A DNA stretch of 64,000 bases from Eledone cirrhosa (GCA_964016885.1 OZ024740.1:101680001-101744000); one strand, 5' to 3'; positions 27,271 through 42,244 are shown, numbered from the stretch's first letter. Numbers and translations: made by a program. Notes: generated from the sequence alone by a model not told the origin.

Positions 27271-29877
27271 TATATATATACATGTATATATATATATATA
27301 AATATGTACGTATATGTATATATATATGTACGTATATGTATATATATATATATGTACGTATATGTATATGTATATATATGTATATGTACGTATATGTATA
27401 TATATTTATATGTACTTACATATATATATGTATATATATAAGTATATATATATGTATATGTACTTATATGTATATGTATGTATATGTACGTATATGTATA
27501 TATACGTACATGTATATATATTTATATGTACTTACATATATATATGTATATATATGTATATGTACTTATATGTATATATATGTATATGTACGTATATGTA
27601 TATATATGTATTTATATGTATATATATATATGTATATGTACGCATATGTATATATATGTATATGTACGTATATACGTGTATAAAGCGAAACCTACAGTCA
27701 GTAGGCACCTCTAAACCAAATATACACCCCAATCCACTACCTCTACCCTATCCTCCCACTCCCACCAACACCACCCTCTCTCTGTAAGTTGGTACCACAA
27801 CATCCAGTCCAAATAAATGAGATAATGAGATTGAGATCGTGTAGGTGTCACAACAAAAAAACACAGTCCACGCTGTAATGTGGCCGTGTAGGTAACACGG
27901 TAAAAAGTTCCCAGTTCCACACTGTAAATGTGGTTGGTGTTAAGAAGGGCATCCAGCCGTAGAAAACCTGCCAGATAGTCCTATATGAACGAGACACGGT
28001 GACCCGACCAACCTTGCCTCAAGTGGGACAACTCCCGTCTAACCCATGCTAGCGTGGAAGATGGATGTTAAACGAAGATGATGATGATGATGATATATAT
28101 ATATATATGTACGTATATGTACTTATATGTATATGTATATGTACGTTTATGTATATATATGTATATATGTATACCTACACAGAAAGTGAGATGAAGCCAG
28201 CTAAGGTAAAAATAAATTAGAATAAGAGAATAAATACATATAGCACGATTATATTTGTGTCCTGAGATTCTATAATAGTCTTCTAATCAAATTTTCATTT
28301 TTGATATATCAATGCACCAAGATACCTATCTTGCATCCATTCTTTTATCTTTCTTACTGATTTCTTATGGGATTTTATTTATTTTTATTTTCATCATCAT
28401 CATTAGCATCATTTCTTCTAACTATAGATCGAAAATGAACTTGATTTTCTTTAATTTGTCTCTGTGTGTGAGACAAAGACTGGATATAGATAAAGAAAGA
28501 GAGGCCATATAAATATATATATGTGTGTGTAGAGAGAGAAAGAGAGGGGGGGGGGGGGGAGAAAATATACTATATCTGCACAGGAACTTCAAGTAGAGCA
28601 TTTCTGTAGCAAATCATTGGCTGACAACAACTGTGTTTCCAGTTCAGTTGACATGAAATAGATGGATGTATACGCACTTGCTGAAGACTGTTAGATATTT
28701 CCATCTTAACTGACAAGATATAGAAAAACATATACTCACTTGCTGAGTATATGTCCTTCTTTTTGGCTAACTGAGTAAACAATGAAACTCTGATAGTTTC
28801 AGCAATGACTGTAGTGTTCCAGTTTTTTTTATCAATGGAACAGCCTGCTTGTGAAATTAACATATCAATGATTAGGCGTTCCACAGTCATATTTACCATT
28901 AATATAATTCTCAAGAAGATTTAGTATTACACAGTGAGTGACATAGCAGGCCCTTCAAATTATAAGTACAGTCGATCTAGTAGATTTCCAACAGTTTCTC
29001 TTGTTCCAGTTTCACTCACAAAGCATACTTTGATCCAAGGCTATGATAAATGACACTTGTCCAAGATGTGATGATGTGAGATCCAATCTGGGACCTATTC
29101 ATTCGATGCAAAATTCTTAACATTTCCCAATTCTGCATCCATTTATAACTGAGTAGCAGAGAGAGAAATAAACACATATAAAGCTAAGGAACTGAGTAAG
29201 AAAATATGAGAGGGAAAGAGTATGTCTGTGTTATTCCCTGTGTTATTCCCAATGCTTTCCCAATGATATTTAAAAGATGTTCAATGAAATAGCCAGTGCA
29301 TTTTATTGCAACATTTCTTCACATCTATATTTCATGTATTTTAAACCAGGAAACAAAGATGGTATTAAGTGAACTCTGTTTAAAATGTTCTTAGCACTTA
29401 GTTAACCTTAGATAAATCTAACATCAAAATCAGTTTGTCATGTCAGTAAAGGAGCTGTTTCTGTAGAAATCTTCATTATAAATGTCAGTAAGGCACTTAA
29501 TATATGACAGTTCCTTTGCTGGTCCTTCACATAACTCACTGGACATTCCTATTGATGAGGAACTTTGATAAAATTGAAAAAACAATATGTATGTTGTGAG
29601 AAGAAGTGGCTTTTAATGTTTTAGTTAAAGCTTTTCAGTTGAGAGGGAATCACAAGATTCTTACTACATCAGAAACAAAAAACAGAAAAAAAGCTAATAA
29701 ATAACAGATGCAGGCAAGTATGTAGTTTCAGGCTTAGTCCCACTATGTCACACTGTTGGGAAATGTTTTCTACTAGTCTCATATTATCCTTATGAGTGAA
29801 ATTTGATAGACTGAAATTGTGCAGAAACCCATCATATATATAAACACACACACCTACATATATACACAGAAAGGTAT

Positions 29878-29920
29878 ACGATGCTGACGATAGCTAATAA
29901 GCTTGAAACTAGTACATCGT
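29878..29920 (+). ncRNA. Minimal type I hammerhead ribozyme (family A, diverged copy)
   Basis: acgatg CTGACGA t-agct-aata-agct-t GAAAC ta GTA catcgt; perfect 6-bp stem I; downstream sequence to ~30022 homologous to 16746-16850. Confidence 0.9.
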
Positions 29921-30075
29921 TCCTGTGTCAGTATTGAACAAAAAGGTGATGATGGTTGCCTGAACACTGTACAGCGTAATTAGGGCTGTTTGTTTGTTTA
30001 CAAACAAACCGAGCATTATAATATATATATATATATATTACAGTATATATATGTATGTATGTGTGTGTGTGTGTG

Positions 30076-30300
<225 letters not shown>

Positions 30301-32450
30301 GTATATATATATGTATATGTATGTATGTATAATCATCATCATTTAACATCCATTTTCCTGGCTAGTAAGGAGTGGATGGGTCTTCACAGTGTCAATATTG
30401 AAGTGGGGTTACTGACATCCCAAATAGGCCGACGGTCTGCATCTCGCTTACATACGTTCCCACAGACTACTGAGTGCATTTTATCATGGCACCAGCACAA
30501 GAAAGGTTTTCGTGTCTTTGACTCAACTGAAAAGTCTTCTCAACCAAGCTTTCTATGGTTGGATGCCCTTCCTATTACCAACCACTTTACAGTGTGTATG
30601 TACTGAGTGCATTTATCATGTAGATCACCAACACTACAGAGCTTGTGCTGTTGACACAACTGAATGGTCCTCTCAACTCTTTTGGCATGGTTTCTACAGT
30701 TTGGTGCCCTTCATATTGCCAACCACCTTACAGGGTGTACCAGGTGCATTTGCATAGCACCAACACTATAGAGGTTGTCAGTTATTGTCCCAACTGAAGA
30801 TCTCTCTCTGCTCTTGGGGTTGAGGGGAGCAGAGGAGAAGAAATATAAGTATGAAGTTATATATGTATGGCAAGTGCAGTGTGTTTTTGGAAGGACTGTC
30901 AGTAGGATGGAAGGGGTGATCTTTGATAGCATAGGAAAAGAGATGATGTAATGGTGGTGAGAATATCAACGTGGAGGCATTGTTGGAGGTGTGGATGCTA
31001 TGATCAATAGCATGGATGTATCTATGGACCCATAACTCCTGATGGAGTCGTAGGGATGCCATATTCACATACAGCATTTCTTGGGCATTTTTAAACCTAG
31101 TGAATCTCATCTCCTCTTCAGGTCTGAACACAGCAGATTCTTTTTTAGAGAAGGATAGAAAGTTAGAGAAAGGAAGTAAAAAAGAGATTTAGAGGAATTA
31201 TCGATCCCGGTATTGGCCTGCTACTTATTTCATTGACTTTGAAACAATGAAAGGCAAAGCTGACTTCGATGAGATTTGAACTTAGGAAGCATAGAGCCTG
31301 AATGAATATCGCAAAGTATTCTATCAGACATTTTAATGACTCTGCTAATTCACCACTGGGAAGGATAGAAAAAAAATTAGTGAAATGTCTTTTGACTGTT
31401 TTTGTTTTCAGTTCTTGGCTTATAGATTTAATCTATTTTACCCAGTTTGACATCACCACATTGGGTGCCTTTAGTGGATTTCCCTATTTCTGCAAGCATC
31501 AAGGCTACATGTTTGGTTTCAGGATAACTTTCTCCCTTTCCCTAATCACTATTGGGTTCTCTGAAAATATATAGACTCATTGCATTCCCTTCCCTCCCTG
31601 ACTAGGTGACAAGCCAGAATAATCAAGATCACACTGGAGCACCACAACTTCTGAGGAGAGGAAAATTCTAAAGCTTCGACTATAGTCTGAAGTCACCTCT
31701 CCTTGTTCAATTTATTTTAAACGTTATTTTTATTAGTTTTATTAATGCTTTGAACCTGCTCACTTGATATTCCAGTAACACTGATTTGAGTATGTCCTGT
31801 CATGCAGTGTTGTTTACTATTGTCTAAATCAAAGATGTTTTTTTTTACCTTGTTACTTCAGTGATGTATTACTGTGACTTTTGTCAAGTTTGTACATCTA
31901 TCATCCTTCTTTTACATTTAATTGACAAATATCTTTCTTCTGTTTCATTTTTGGTGATATATATGCAGACGCCCAGAGTAAGAAACCTTACATATAGCAT
32001 GAGTCAGTATCTAAAAGGTTAATCTAGTCAGAAAATAAAATTCATTTTCGTTATTTTTCTATAGTTCTTATCACAGCTTGTTACCAAAAAATGTTCCTAC
32101 TTCAAATAGAAATGTTTTGAGCATATCTTTACATTTGAGAGAATAACAATCTATGTCAGTATTGTTACTTCAAAGTGACATTACGTAAATCTTGTAAGGA
32201 ATTTCAAAAATGGTTTACTGTTTAGTTAATCTATTCAACAAAACAAATTATAAATTTTCAAAGATTTCTATCATTATTCCACAAATTCAATTTCTGTTCC
32301 ACATTGCTGTTTTAGGTAAAATAATCACAGCAATGGGTGTATGCAGAAAAAAGTCATGGTAATTTTAAATTAGTCATTAATTTTTGAAAAGATTACAAAT
32401 AATTTGATTGAAATATTCAAGTATTATGAAATCAAAAACAAAAGAAATAG

Positions 32451-32493
<43 letters not shown>

Positions 32494-33104
32494 AGATGTA
32501 GGCATATTTTTAGTGTCTATTGATACTGAAGGAAATCAATATCATCAAAACTGTCTCCACTTGTATTTTTCATTTTTTTTTTTTAAATTGTTTCTTTTTG
32601 TTAATCAAATATCATTTTTATTTTTTTCTATAAATAGAAATTATGGAAACAATTTGACTGTTTTCAAAACTGATTTTCAGTGAACAATGAGACGTTTATT
32701 TTCAGTGGATTTTATTTTTACTTCTTATTTTCTATTGCTTTTTATGTATTTGTTTAATTATTTTTTAATAAATAAATAATTATCTTAAGCAATGTATTTT
32801 TAAAAACTACAATGAAACATTGTGTTTAAAAATGGTTTTAAAAATACCTTCTGAATATTGTCAATGATAATTTTTCTGTAATCTTTATTACTTTGAGGAG
32901 AAAAGAATCAAAACTAGTCAATTGTAGCTATTAAAAAATGTTATGAAATCTGGCCTCTTAAAACTTTTGTATAGAAGAAACATTTTCAAGATACAATAGG
33001 GAGATTGTGAAACCATTCATGAACAAAATGTATATTTCATGAACTGTGATATTTTTCTAAAATATTTTATAAAAGTGAAAAATATATTTTATATTCATTA
33101 TTTT

Positions 33105-33510
33105 GGCAGTGGATTGGCAGTATCGGTAGAGGGTCGGACACCATGCTTTCCAGCATAGTTACGTCCCTTTACAATCTGAGTTCAAATCCCGCCGAGGTTG
33201 ACTTTGCCTTTCATCCTTACGGGGCTGATAAAATAAAGTACCAGTAATGCACTGGGTATTTGCTGGCCTTGTGCCTAAAGTAGAAACAATTATTTAAAAA
33301 GGGTAGTGAATTTGCAGTATCTGTAGAGCCTCAGGCAACATGCTTTGCAGCATAGAGTTATGGCTCTTTAAATTTTGAGTTCAAATACTGCTACAGTCAG
33401 CTTGCCTTCCCTCAAGGGGTCAATAAAATAAAGCACTAGTAATACACTGGAGTTGATTTAATCAACTTTCTCCTACCCCCAAAATTGTGCCTAAAATCAC
33501 AAACCATCAT
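33105..33510 (+). mobile_element. Tandem pair of tRNA-derived SINEs with Nin-like domain
   Basis: gagttcaaatc B box then actttgcctttcatccttacgggg..gataaaataaagtacc; further copies at 6425-6530, 42915-43075, 43300-43815 (array), 54105-54290(-), 61803-61905(-), 63025-63215(-). Confidence 0.8.
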
Positions 33511-35026
33511 TTAAAAAAATTATTTCACTGGTTTCAGTCAAGGGCTTTGTTTCAATCTTAACCTCAGTACTTATTTTAGTGTGACACATATTTTATCAAC
33601 CTCTGTTTGCCAGACTATTAGGGCACAGAAAATGAAAAGTCATGACATAAACAACAGCTCCAGTTTTTAGACAAACATAAATATAAAGACAGACACACAC
33701 ACGTGCGCGCATGTGCTGCAGAGTTCCCATCTAGTAATTTTCACTCAAACCAAATATAATTAAGATATAACACTGATTTTTTTAGCAACTGATTTTTTGC
33801 ACCTTTTTTTAATCCAGACATAATCATGAGCAGACAATTGAATTTCTCATGACATGCCAGGTTAATTAAACCACATTGAGATGTTAATTCAAGGCATTAG
33901 ATTAAATTTTAAACATTTGCACCTTTAGTTATATATATAGTTATATACAAGACAGGTACTTTATTTTATCAACCTCAGACGGATGAATGACAAAGATGAA
34001 CCCAGATTGTAAAGGGCCATAACTAAATACAAGTCATGTTATCAAATGCTCTAACAATTCTGCTAATAATAATAAAATATTATTGTTGATAATATTATAG
34101 CATTGAAGAGGTTACTGGTATATTTTAACCCTTTCATGACTGCATTTCTAATGAAATACACACTTTTTCAACTAATTAATGAAAAATTTTGAGGGATTTA
34201 CTAAAATTATTAATTATTTCATTAGTAAGATAGTAACTTATTATAAAGCTCTTATATAAAATTATGTTGGAAGACCATAATTCAAATTGGAAACCTTTAA
34301 AATGGGTGATTTTATTTCATAGAGCCAGAGCTCTATGAAATTAGAATCTGGTAACCTTCCCACAGCGCAACCTCAATGGCTTGCACTGCTGTGAATCAGT
34401 GACAATTATGTGGCAGTCACTTGCAGTAGAGATATATGATGGTATGTGTCTTGATATGGAATGTGGAATGGACCTTTGTCTGTTTCAACAATGAGTCTTC
34501 CAGTTGTTCAATCAACAGTACAGCCTACTTCTGAAATTAATATCTAAGTGGCTGAGCATTCCACAGACACATGTACCCTTAACATAATTCACAGTGTGAC
34601 ACAGTATTTGACAGAGCAGGTCTCTTTGAATTACAGATACAATCCATCCAACAAGGTTCCAAATAATTTCCATTTAAAATATTTCACTCACAAGGTATGG
34701 GTTTACTTAAGGCCATGGTAAATGATACTTGCCTAGGATGTTACACACTGAACCTAATGATTGCAAAGCAAACTTTTTTACCATTCAGCTATACTGCATT
34801 CATGTCCTGAAATAGCTATTGAGTGTTGTAAACTGTTGTGTCTACAGTTTATATTGCTTTGACAAAACACTCATAAAACATCTCATAAATTTGAAATACA
34901 TATACGTTATTACCATTCTTATATGTATATATACATACAATGTTACCAGTTATATATATGACTACTGGATGGGAATGCCAACACAGTGCTAACCCCAGTG
35001 GTATATAAAAACACCACAACTTTCCA

Positions 35027-35097
35027 CCTGCCTGAAGAGAATACACCAAATGGTTATTATGCAACCACTCTGACATCTTCGAAATACATATAACAGG
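35027..35097 (+). ncRNA. Type I hammerhead ribozyme (family D)
   Basis: cctgc CTGAAGA gaa...tggtt/aacca...ttc GAAA tacata TA acagg; one stem I mismatch; TATATAAA ~25 nt upstream and AATAAA downstream. Confidence 0.7.
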
Positions 35098-35179
35098 ATT
35101 ATATAATAAACAGAGGATGTACATTTAAAACCGTCTCTATTCTTTATAATATATATATATAGATAGATAGATAGATAGA

Positions 35180-35367
35180 AGTAATAACATAACAGTTAGT
35201 TCACCATACTGAGAACAATTGTTTCACCTTATGCGGATCTTCAGCTCGGACTGCATAAGATGAAACAATTGTTCTCGGTATGGTGAACTAACTGTTGTGT
35301 TATTACTGCTACCAAACTTGTCCCATGGACTGAGTGCTCTACCACTACAGATATTACCTTCCAGTGT

Positions 35368-35370
<3 letters not shown>
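35180..35370. mobile_element. Short foldback hammerhead element (family E)
   Basis: Arms 35180-35234 / 35253-35307 plus tail to ~35370, between microsatellites. Confidence 0.75.
35209..35249 (-). ncRNA. Minimal type I hammerhead ribozyme (family E)
   Basis: Minus strand ccgag CTGAAGA t-cc-gcataa-gg-t GAAAC aatt GTT ctcag (ctcgg in the partner arm gives a perfect stem I); palindromic stem III ACAATTGT. Confidence 0.8.
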
Positions 35371-35407
<37 letters not shown>

Positions 35408-36864
35408 ATACACACACAACCTTTCGGCCTTGCAATCGAAAGGTTGTGAGTTCAATTCTCAGACCGGGTGATGTGTTGTTTCCTTGAGCAAGACACTTTA
35501 TTTCACATTGCTCCAGTTTACTCAGCTGTAGAAATGAGATGATAGGGATTGAGGTCCATATCATTCCACTGCAAAGTGGTCGTGGAGGTGCCACGGCAAA
35601 AAAGCACCCAGCACTCACTGTAAATGAGGTTGGTGTTAGGAAGGGCATCCATGTAGAAATCAAGCCAGCATCAGTTCCTGTCCCACCCTTGCAAGCAGGG
35701 TAAAAGCGGACGTAAAATGAAATGATGATGATGATGATGACACACAATCACATCCTTAATATGCTAATTTATTAGGTTATATCTCCTCTCCTATCATGTG
35801 ACTATTGTTTCGTTCCATTGTATCAGTATCTTCGAAACCATTTAGTCATGGTGATTAATGCCAGTCAACATTTTCCTGTGTGCATGTCACTTTCTATGTC
35901 TGCTTTCCTCTCCATGTTTAACTGGCCTGCTTCGTCACGTATTGTATGACGTAAATGCTGTACATTTAGTTCTATACATGTAGGTATTGTTTTGTTTTCA
36001 AATTGATATTTCAAGGACCAGCTGTGTCATTGGAAGGGCTCAAAACTGAGTACATTGATTTCAACAGCTGATGACTGGAGTTTTATACCTGTTGCCAATA
36101 TTGCAATATAATATGTATTGCACATGACTCCCATGTTCTCTTTTTCCGATAAGTTATACATATATATATGTGTGTGTGCGTGTATGTTTTTGTGTGTGTC
36201 ATCTTATACTTTTATTGTATTTTAGTTCGAATTTTCATCATCATCAGTTTTCTGTGCATCTTTCAATGATTGCCTAAGTTAGACAAGTCTTTTCCAACAC
36301 AGCTTTCTCCTACCAGTTGTATGCCACTTTTATACCTACTGTGAGGTTCAGTGTTCTGAGATCAGCTCTCACCACTTCTGCCTAGGTTTTTCTTAGTCTT
36401 TCTTTTCTGCAGCTTCCTTCCAACTGACGATCCTAGCCTTTACCCACTGATCATCATATATTTATATATCATATGTCTGCACCTGTGCAATATTCTCTTC
36501 TGCACATTGCAGAACTGAGAAATCAGTCTATTTTAATGTGTTGTATGATACAAAGTAACAAGAAATTTACTGAATTTCTCATTAAGTAACTTATGGTGGG
36601 GAAACAATAAAATATCTAAAACTTCTTTATAAAGATGTCATCAAATATCACTACAATGAATCATGTGGCCTGACTACAATATGGAAGAGAACAGCAACTG
36701 ACAACACAAAATGAATAGCTATAAAGAAAGGAGTACCAGTTGTAGAATCATGCTGATTGGAACAACAAGAGAAAGGAGTACTCAATACCAATAAAGAGGC
36801 AAAATTCCTGAGTAACAAGACTCACTTTTTAGCCTTAATAAAAATGAATATATATATATATATA

Positions 36865-37007
36865 TCATCATCATCATCATCATTTTATGTCCGCTTTTCC
36901 CTGCTTACAAGGGTGGGATGGATCTTTTTAAGCACAGCATCTCTCCATTTGTCACTGTCCTTTGTCATCTCCTCTGTGAGCTTCAGCGATCTGAGATCTG
37001 CTCTCAC
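36865..37007 (-). mobile_element. Short RTE-like 3' tail (subfamily 3)
   Basis: VRADLRSLKLTEEMTKDSDKWRDAV plus TGA tail; similar pieces at 21360-21530(-), 44690-44935(+), 53840-53995(+). Confidence 0.7.
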
Positions 37008-37143
37008 CATTATTTCTGAAGACAGCATATATATGTGTAGGTATGTATATTCGCTCTGATAGTTTGTAAAAATTTTACATAGATCTATATGATATACATA
37101 CCAACACACACATATATATCCTAGAAACGATCGTAAAATGATG
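37008..37143 (+). ncRNA. Type I hammerhead ribozyme with ~100-nt stem II (family F)
   Basis: cattattt CTGAAGA [atatatatgtgt/acacatatatat, ggtatgtatat/atatacatacc] GAAAC gatc GTA aaatgatg; 8-bp stem I, palindromic stem III ACGATCGT. Confidence 0.85.
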
Positions 37144-37195
37144 AATTTTTTAATATAAGGAACTGTTTCTTTGTTTTTATTCATTATTTTTATTA

Positions 37196-37246
<51 letters not shown>

Positions 37247-38490
37247 AAAATAAGCACAACACTCTTTAAATTAACTTTATCTCCTCAGTGCTTTGGAAAA
37301 GTTCAAGGGATTGGCTACATATATATATATGTGCCTGTGTATATATTTATATATATGTCATTTTGAGCATACATACGCACATAATATAAATATAATGATT
37401 TACTCATTTGTATGAACAGTGGAATATTTGTAAAACTTGCATTGTAATTGTTATTTCTTTGAAAATAACTAATTGTTTTTATTCATAAGAGAGATCACTC
37501 AATGAATCTCCTTAACCAGAAAACAGATAGGTAGCTTTGCTATCTTTGGCCATTTAACATATCACTGATCAACACAATGTCCTTGTGAAGGCTTCAGTTT
37601 TCTAGGTTTAATCAAACATCAAAAGCTCACCAAGCAGTTTAATCTTTTCAAATACTTCTTTAGTCTTTGATCCTTTGCCATCGATGCAGACAGCCACAGA
37701 TGCTGATATATACATACACACATATGTACATAGACTCACAAACACTGAGCCAGACACTCATATAATTATATATGGGTCCTGACTTCCACACCATTTTACA
37801 TGCAATCATACAAAACCATACACAAACACACAAGACCTTATACTGCGAATGTGCAGCCATTGTCATTTAGTTGTATACACATTCATATAGACATATGTGA
37901 TTCACAATTGATCATATACATATTAACAACATAGAGATGCAAGCAAGACAGAAATACACACATACACACGCACTCACACACACACATATATATATATATG
38001 TAAATATACACATTGATAATTAAATGCAATACCTGATATATTTAGATAGAGATGTTTACCAGTATACACATAGGCACACACAAACGTATACAAACACATA
38101 CATATATAGATAAACACACACATGAGTATGTTTGTGTATATAAAAATGTGTGTTTGTGTGTGTAAGCATATTATCAAAGATACTCTGGCACACATAAAAT
38201 ACACACATATGCACATGCATATAGATATACAAAGACCCTCACACATACAGCCATATACTTTCACACTCACACAAACATACACATTCTATATATTATCATC
38301 AGTCCCTTTAAAATGCAAAACAACAACAATAACAACAGATGCCAAAATTCATTGGAAACAAAACAAAAAACAATGGTAAAAGGCATTGGTGTTACATATC
38401 TTAGTGTTCATTCAGTTCATATTAATTGATCAAGTTAATTGGATAAATATCAGAGAGAGAGACAGACAGACTGACAGGGAAAGAGTTAAG

Positions 38491-38551
<61 letters not shown>

Positions 38552-38682
38552 GTGAGTTTTTTTTTACAAAATGAAAAATAACCGAGGTGTCCTACACGAG
38601 TGAAAGTATAAAGAAAAAAAGATGAAATCGAAAATGCAACTGGAGTCTTATTTTTTTTAAATATATATATATTTATTTGGTT

Positions 38683-38720
38683 CCTTTACCGGTTTCGCAG
38701 TTCTTCTGCTTTTCAAAAGT
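38683..38720 (-). ncRNA. Degenerate hammerhead (family I)
   Basis: Minus strand ctt TTGAAAA gcag-aagaa-ctgc GAAAC cg GTA aag then AATAAA; core differs from CTGAAGA at 2 positions; related copy at ~21094-21130 (-). Confidence 0.55.
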
Positions 38721-38798
38721 AGAGTTGAGATGGAGCGTCTGTGGTTTTTCTCACATCTGTATATGTATGTATATATACATGTATGTGTGCATGCATGT

Positions 38799-38799
<1 letters not shown>

Positions 38800-38830
<31 letters not shown>

Positions 38831-41450
38831 TTAACGTCCATCTTCCACGCTTGCATGGGTTTGGATGGGAATTTTCCCACTTGAGGCAAGATTGGTTGTC
38901 TTGCTCGTATAGGACTGTCTGGCGGGTTTTCTATGGCTGGATGCCCTTCCTAACACCAACCACATTTACAGTGAGGACTGGGAGGTTTTTACCATGTTAC
39001 CTACACGGCCACATTACAGCGGGGACTGTGTGTGTTTTTTTTTGTCGTGGATGGGGTGGGGCGGTAGTGGGACAGGGGTGTATTTTTGTTAGAGGTGCCT
39101 ACTAACTGTAGGTTTCGCTTTGTACTTAGGCAAGGCGGGTCTTCTGTGTTACTGTGTAGTGCCAAAGATCTCGGTCCAGTGACATTGTTTTGGAGAGGTG
39201 TAAGTGTGTGAGGTCGGAATTTATCAAGTCGTCCCAGGTTTTTCTGGGTCTGCCTACTCTGTAGCTACAATCTATTTTTATCGCCCTGCACTTTTTTATA
39301 CAGCTGTCGTCTTTCATGCGCATCACGTGACCGTACCAATGTAGTCTTCTCTCAAGTAAACAACATCTGATCCCTCTTATTCCTAATTTCTCCCTTAGTT
39401 CATTTATGCTTTGCCGTTCGCGTATATTACTATTACACATCCAGCGGAGCATGCAAGCTTCGTTCCTCTCCAGTCTGCATATATCCTCTGCACACAATGC
39501 CCAAGTATCCCTGCCATGTAACATTGCTGTTCGTATGCAGGCATCATACAGCCTGCCTTTCATTTTTAGAGAGAACCCTTTAGCGGCCAATAGTGGTATA
39601 AGCTCTCTGAACTTTTTCCATCCCGTTCTGACTCTGGCTACTGTACTTTCAGAGCACCCTCCACCACTGCTGATTTTGTCACCCAGGTAACGGAAGGTGT
39701 CCACTATTTCTATAGAACTATCTGTGCAATGGAATGAGCTAGTATTCTGCTGCTACTTATTGCACCTGAGCACCGGCCACATATAAAATCTATATTCTTA
39801 GTTAGCTTACCTGTGATCCCACTACATCTTTTATGCACCCATACTTTGCATTTGGGACATAAAATGGAGTTTCTGCCTACTCCTTTTCTACACACTGAGC
39901 ATGGCCATTTCCCAGATGGGACCGGTGCCCTATTTTCCCTCCTACAAACTAGAACAGGTTAATTTTAAGGCCTTTTGATTCTAGGCCATGCTTCCATGTT
40001 TGGAATTTCTTCTCTAGCTCAGCCATTGATTCAGCTATGAGCATTAGATCATCTGCGTATAGGAGTTCCCATGGGCAGTCGGTCTTGACCTCCTCTGTTA
40101 TAGCCTGAAGGGCAATAATAAATAGGAGGAAGCTAAGGACAGAGCCCGGATGAACACCGACTTTTACGCTGAATTCTTCACTATATTCGTTGTTAATTCT
40201 AACCTTGCTGACTGTTTCTTTATATATGGCTTGTATAGCTCTCACAAGCCATTCATCAACACCTAGTTTTCTAAGAGCCCACCAGATAATGGAGCGGGAG
40301 ACTCTGTCAAAGGCTTTCTCCAAGTCAACAAAAGCTAAGTTTAGGGGTTAACTTTTAGCTAGGTACTTCTCCTGTAGTTGTCGTACAATGAAAAGAGCAT
40401 CTGTGGTACTTTTACCTGACACAAACCCAAACTGCATTTCATCTAGATCAATTCGCTCTCTGATTAGTTGCGCTATTACTTTTTCTGTGACCTTCATGAC
40501 CTGGTCGATTAATTTAATGCCTCTATAGTTACCCCTATCTAGGGCATCTCCTTTACCCTTGTAGCAGTTAATGATGATGCTGCTATGCCAGTCCTTCGGA
40601 ACAAACCCATTCTGTATGACTTGGTTTACTATCTGGGTGACCATAGTGTGTCCCACCGTTCCAGATGCTTTCAGCATTTCAGCAACTATTTCCCAAGGCC
40701 CAGCCACCTTACCCATCTTCATATCTTTGATTACCTTACTTATTATACTACCTTCAACCTGCACTGCTGTTTCCTCTATTGGATCGATGTGGGGGAGACT
40801 GTCTTTCTCCCATTTATTCTCCTCAGTTAGTAGCCTTTCGTAGTGACACTTCCAAGCTACCATCTTATCAGCGTCATTGATGGCAAGTACACCATCATTA
40901 TTAAGGAAACACTTCTCCCAGACAATATCACGGTTTTCCTTGACACATTGCCTAGCAATCCTGAACACCTGGCATTTTTGGTCCTCGCGTTGTAGAGCAT
41001 GCTTGAACTTTCTTTCCCCTGCTTCCCTTCTTGCGAAGTACACTTGTCTCCTAGCTTCCCTCCTGGCCACTTGGTAGTCTTCTCTACTTCCCCCATCCCG
41101 TCATACTTCCCAAGCCTGCTTTTTGGCCTTAATTGACTCCTCCACCTTACTGTTCCACCACCACGTTACTCTCCTCCTGCCTATAGGCCTGCTCCAGCCA
41201 CAGACTTCATCTGAGCCTTCAGCAGGTTAGCTTTCAGGAATTCCCACTGTTCCTCTATATTGTAAGACTCTAATTGCTCTTCCTTACTGTCGAAAGCATC
41301 AAGTAATATGCTTTTCAATTTATTACTGGCTGTGGGGTCCTTTAGCTTCCATATTTTTCTCCTGAAGATAGTCCTCCTCTGTTGTCGAGTACGTCTTGTC
41401 CTGACTATGAGGTTGCTGACTATGAGTCTATGTTGGGTGGTGCATTCTTC
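38800..41450 (-). pseudogene. RTE LINE copy, degenerate, extending to the end of the APE domain
   Basis: Fragmented ORFs 39126-41070 closely match the 45334 ORF; 5' end reads [14 protein letters not shown]; (TGA)n tail at 38800-38830. Confidence 0.93.
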
Positions 41451-41560
41451 ATATTGTATATACAGTTTATCAATATATATATATATATATATATATATAT
41501 TCTATATAAGGTTTATTAATATATATACATATATATACACACACACACACACACACATAA

Positions 41561-41612
<52 letters not shown>

Positions 41613-42244
41613 GAGAGAGGGAGAAGAAGAAAAAGAAATAGGCTGCCCTCCTTCACCTCATGAAAATTCATAGTAGTTCTACATTTAGATTACATGTCTG
41701 TTTACCTTGTTAATGTTTCAGGCATGGGTAAATTAAGAAGTTTGCTTCACAATCATTAGGTCCTAGGTTCAATCTCAGTGAATTCTTCTTCTTCTCGTTC
41801 TCCTCCTCCTCCTCCTTATTTGTGTATGCAGAGTCCTCTAACACTTCTTTCAGTGGGTCCTGTCAGAAGAAACCCTTTTCACTTGATCTGGCTGAATCCC
41901 TAAGTGAGACCAGCCAAGCTGCTCAGGTTCTACCCCTGGGTCCCCTGCCAGTTGGTTTTGCCCATAAAATCTGCCCAGCAATTCTTTCCTTAGCCATTCT
42001 AACCATATTGAATGCAAAACAAGTAAATATTTAAAAAATAGAGAACCAAAAACAAAAAAAATTATATACAGGTATGGAAAGAAAGAAATTATAAATTACT
42101 CTGGTATTATTCCAAGTGATAAAGTGTTTGACTGTCAGCTTACAATATTTCAAAGGTGTTAATCAGTTTGTTTCATCTTTACATTGAATTGTTGTTGTTA
42201 GAACTGAGTAAACCCTGCAGTCATGCAGTAGTGAATCATTGACC

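Noticed and set aside
31648-31673. ctt CTGAGGA gag GAAA attc TA aag
   Set aside because: No room for stem II and no stem III pairing; likely chance
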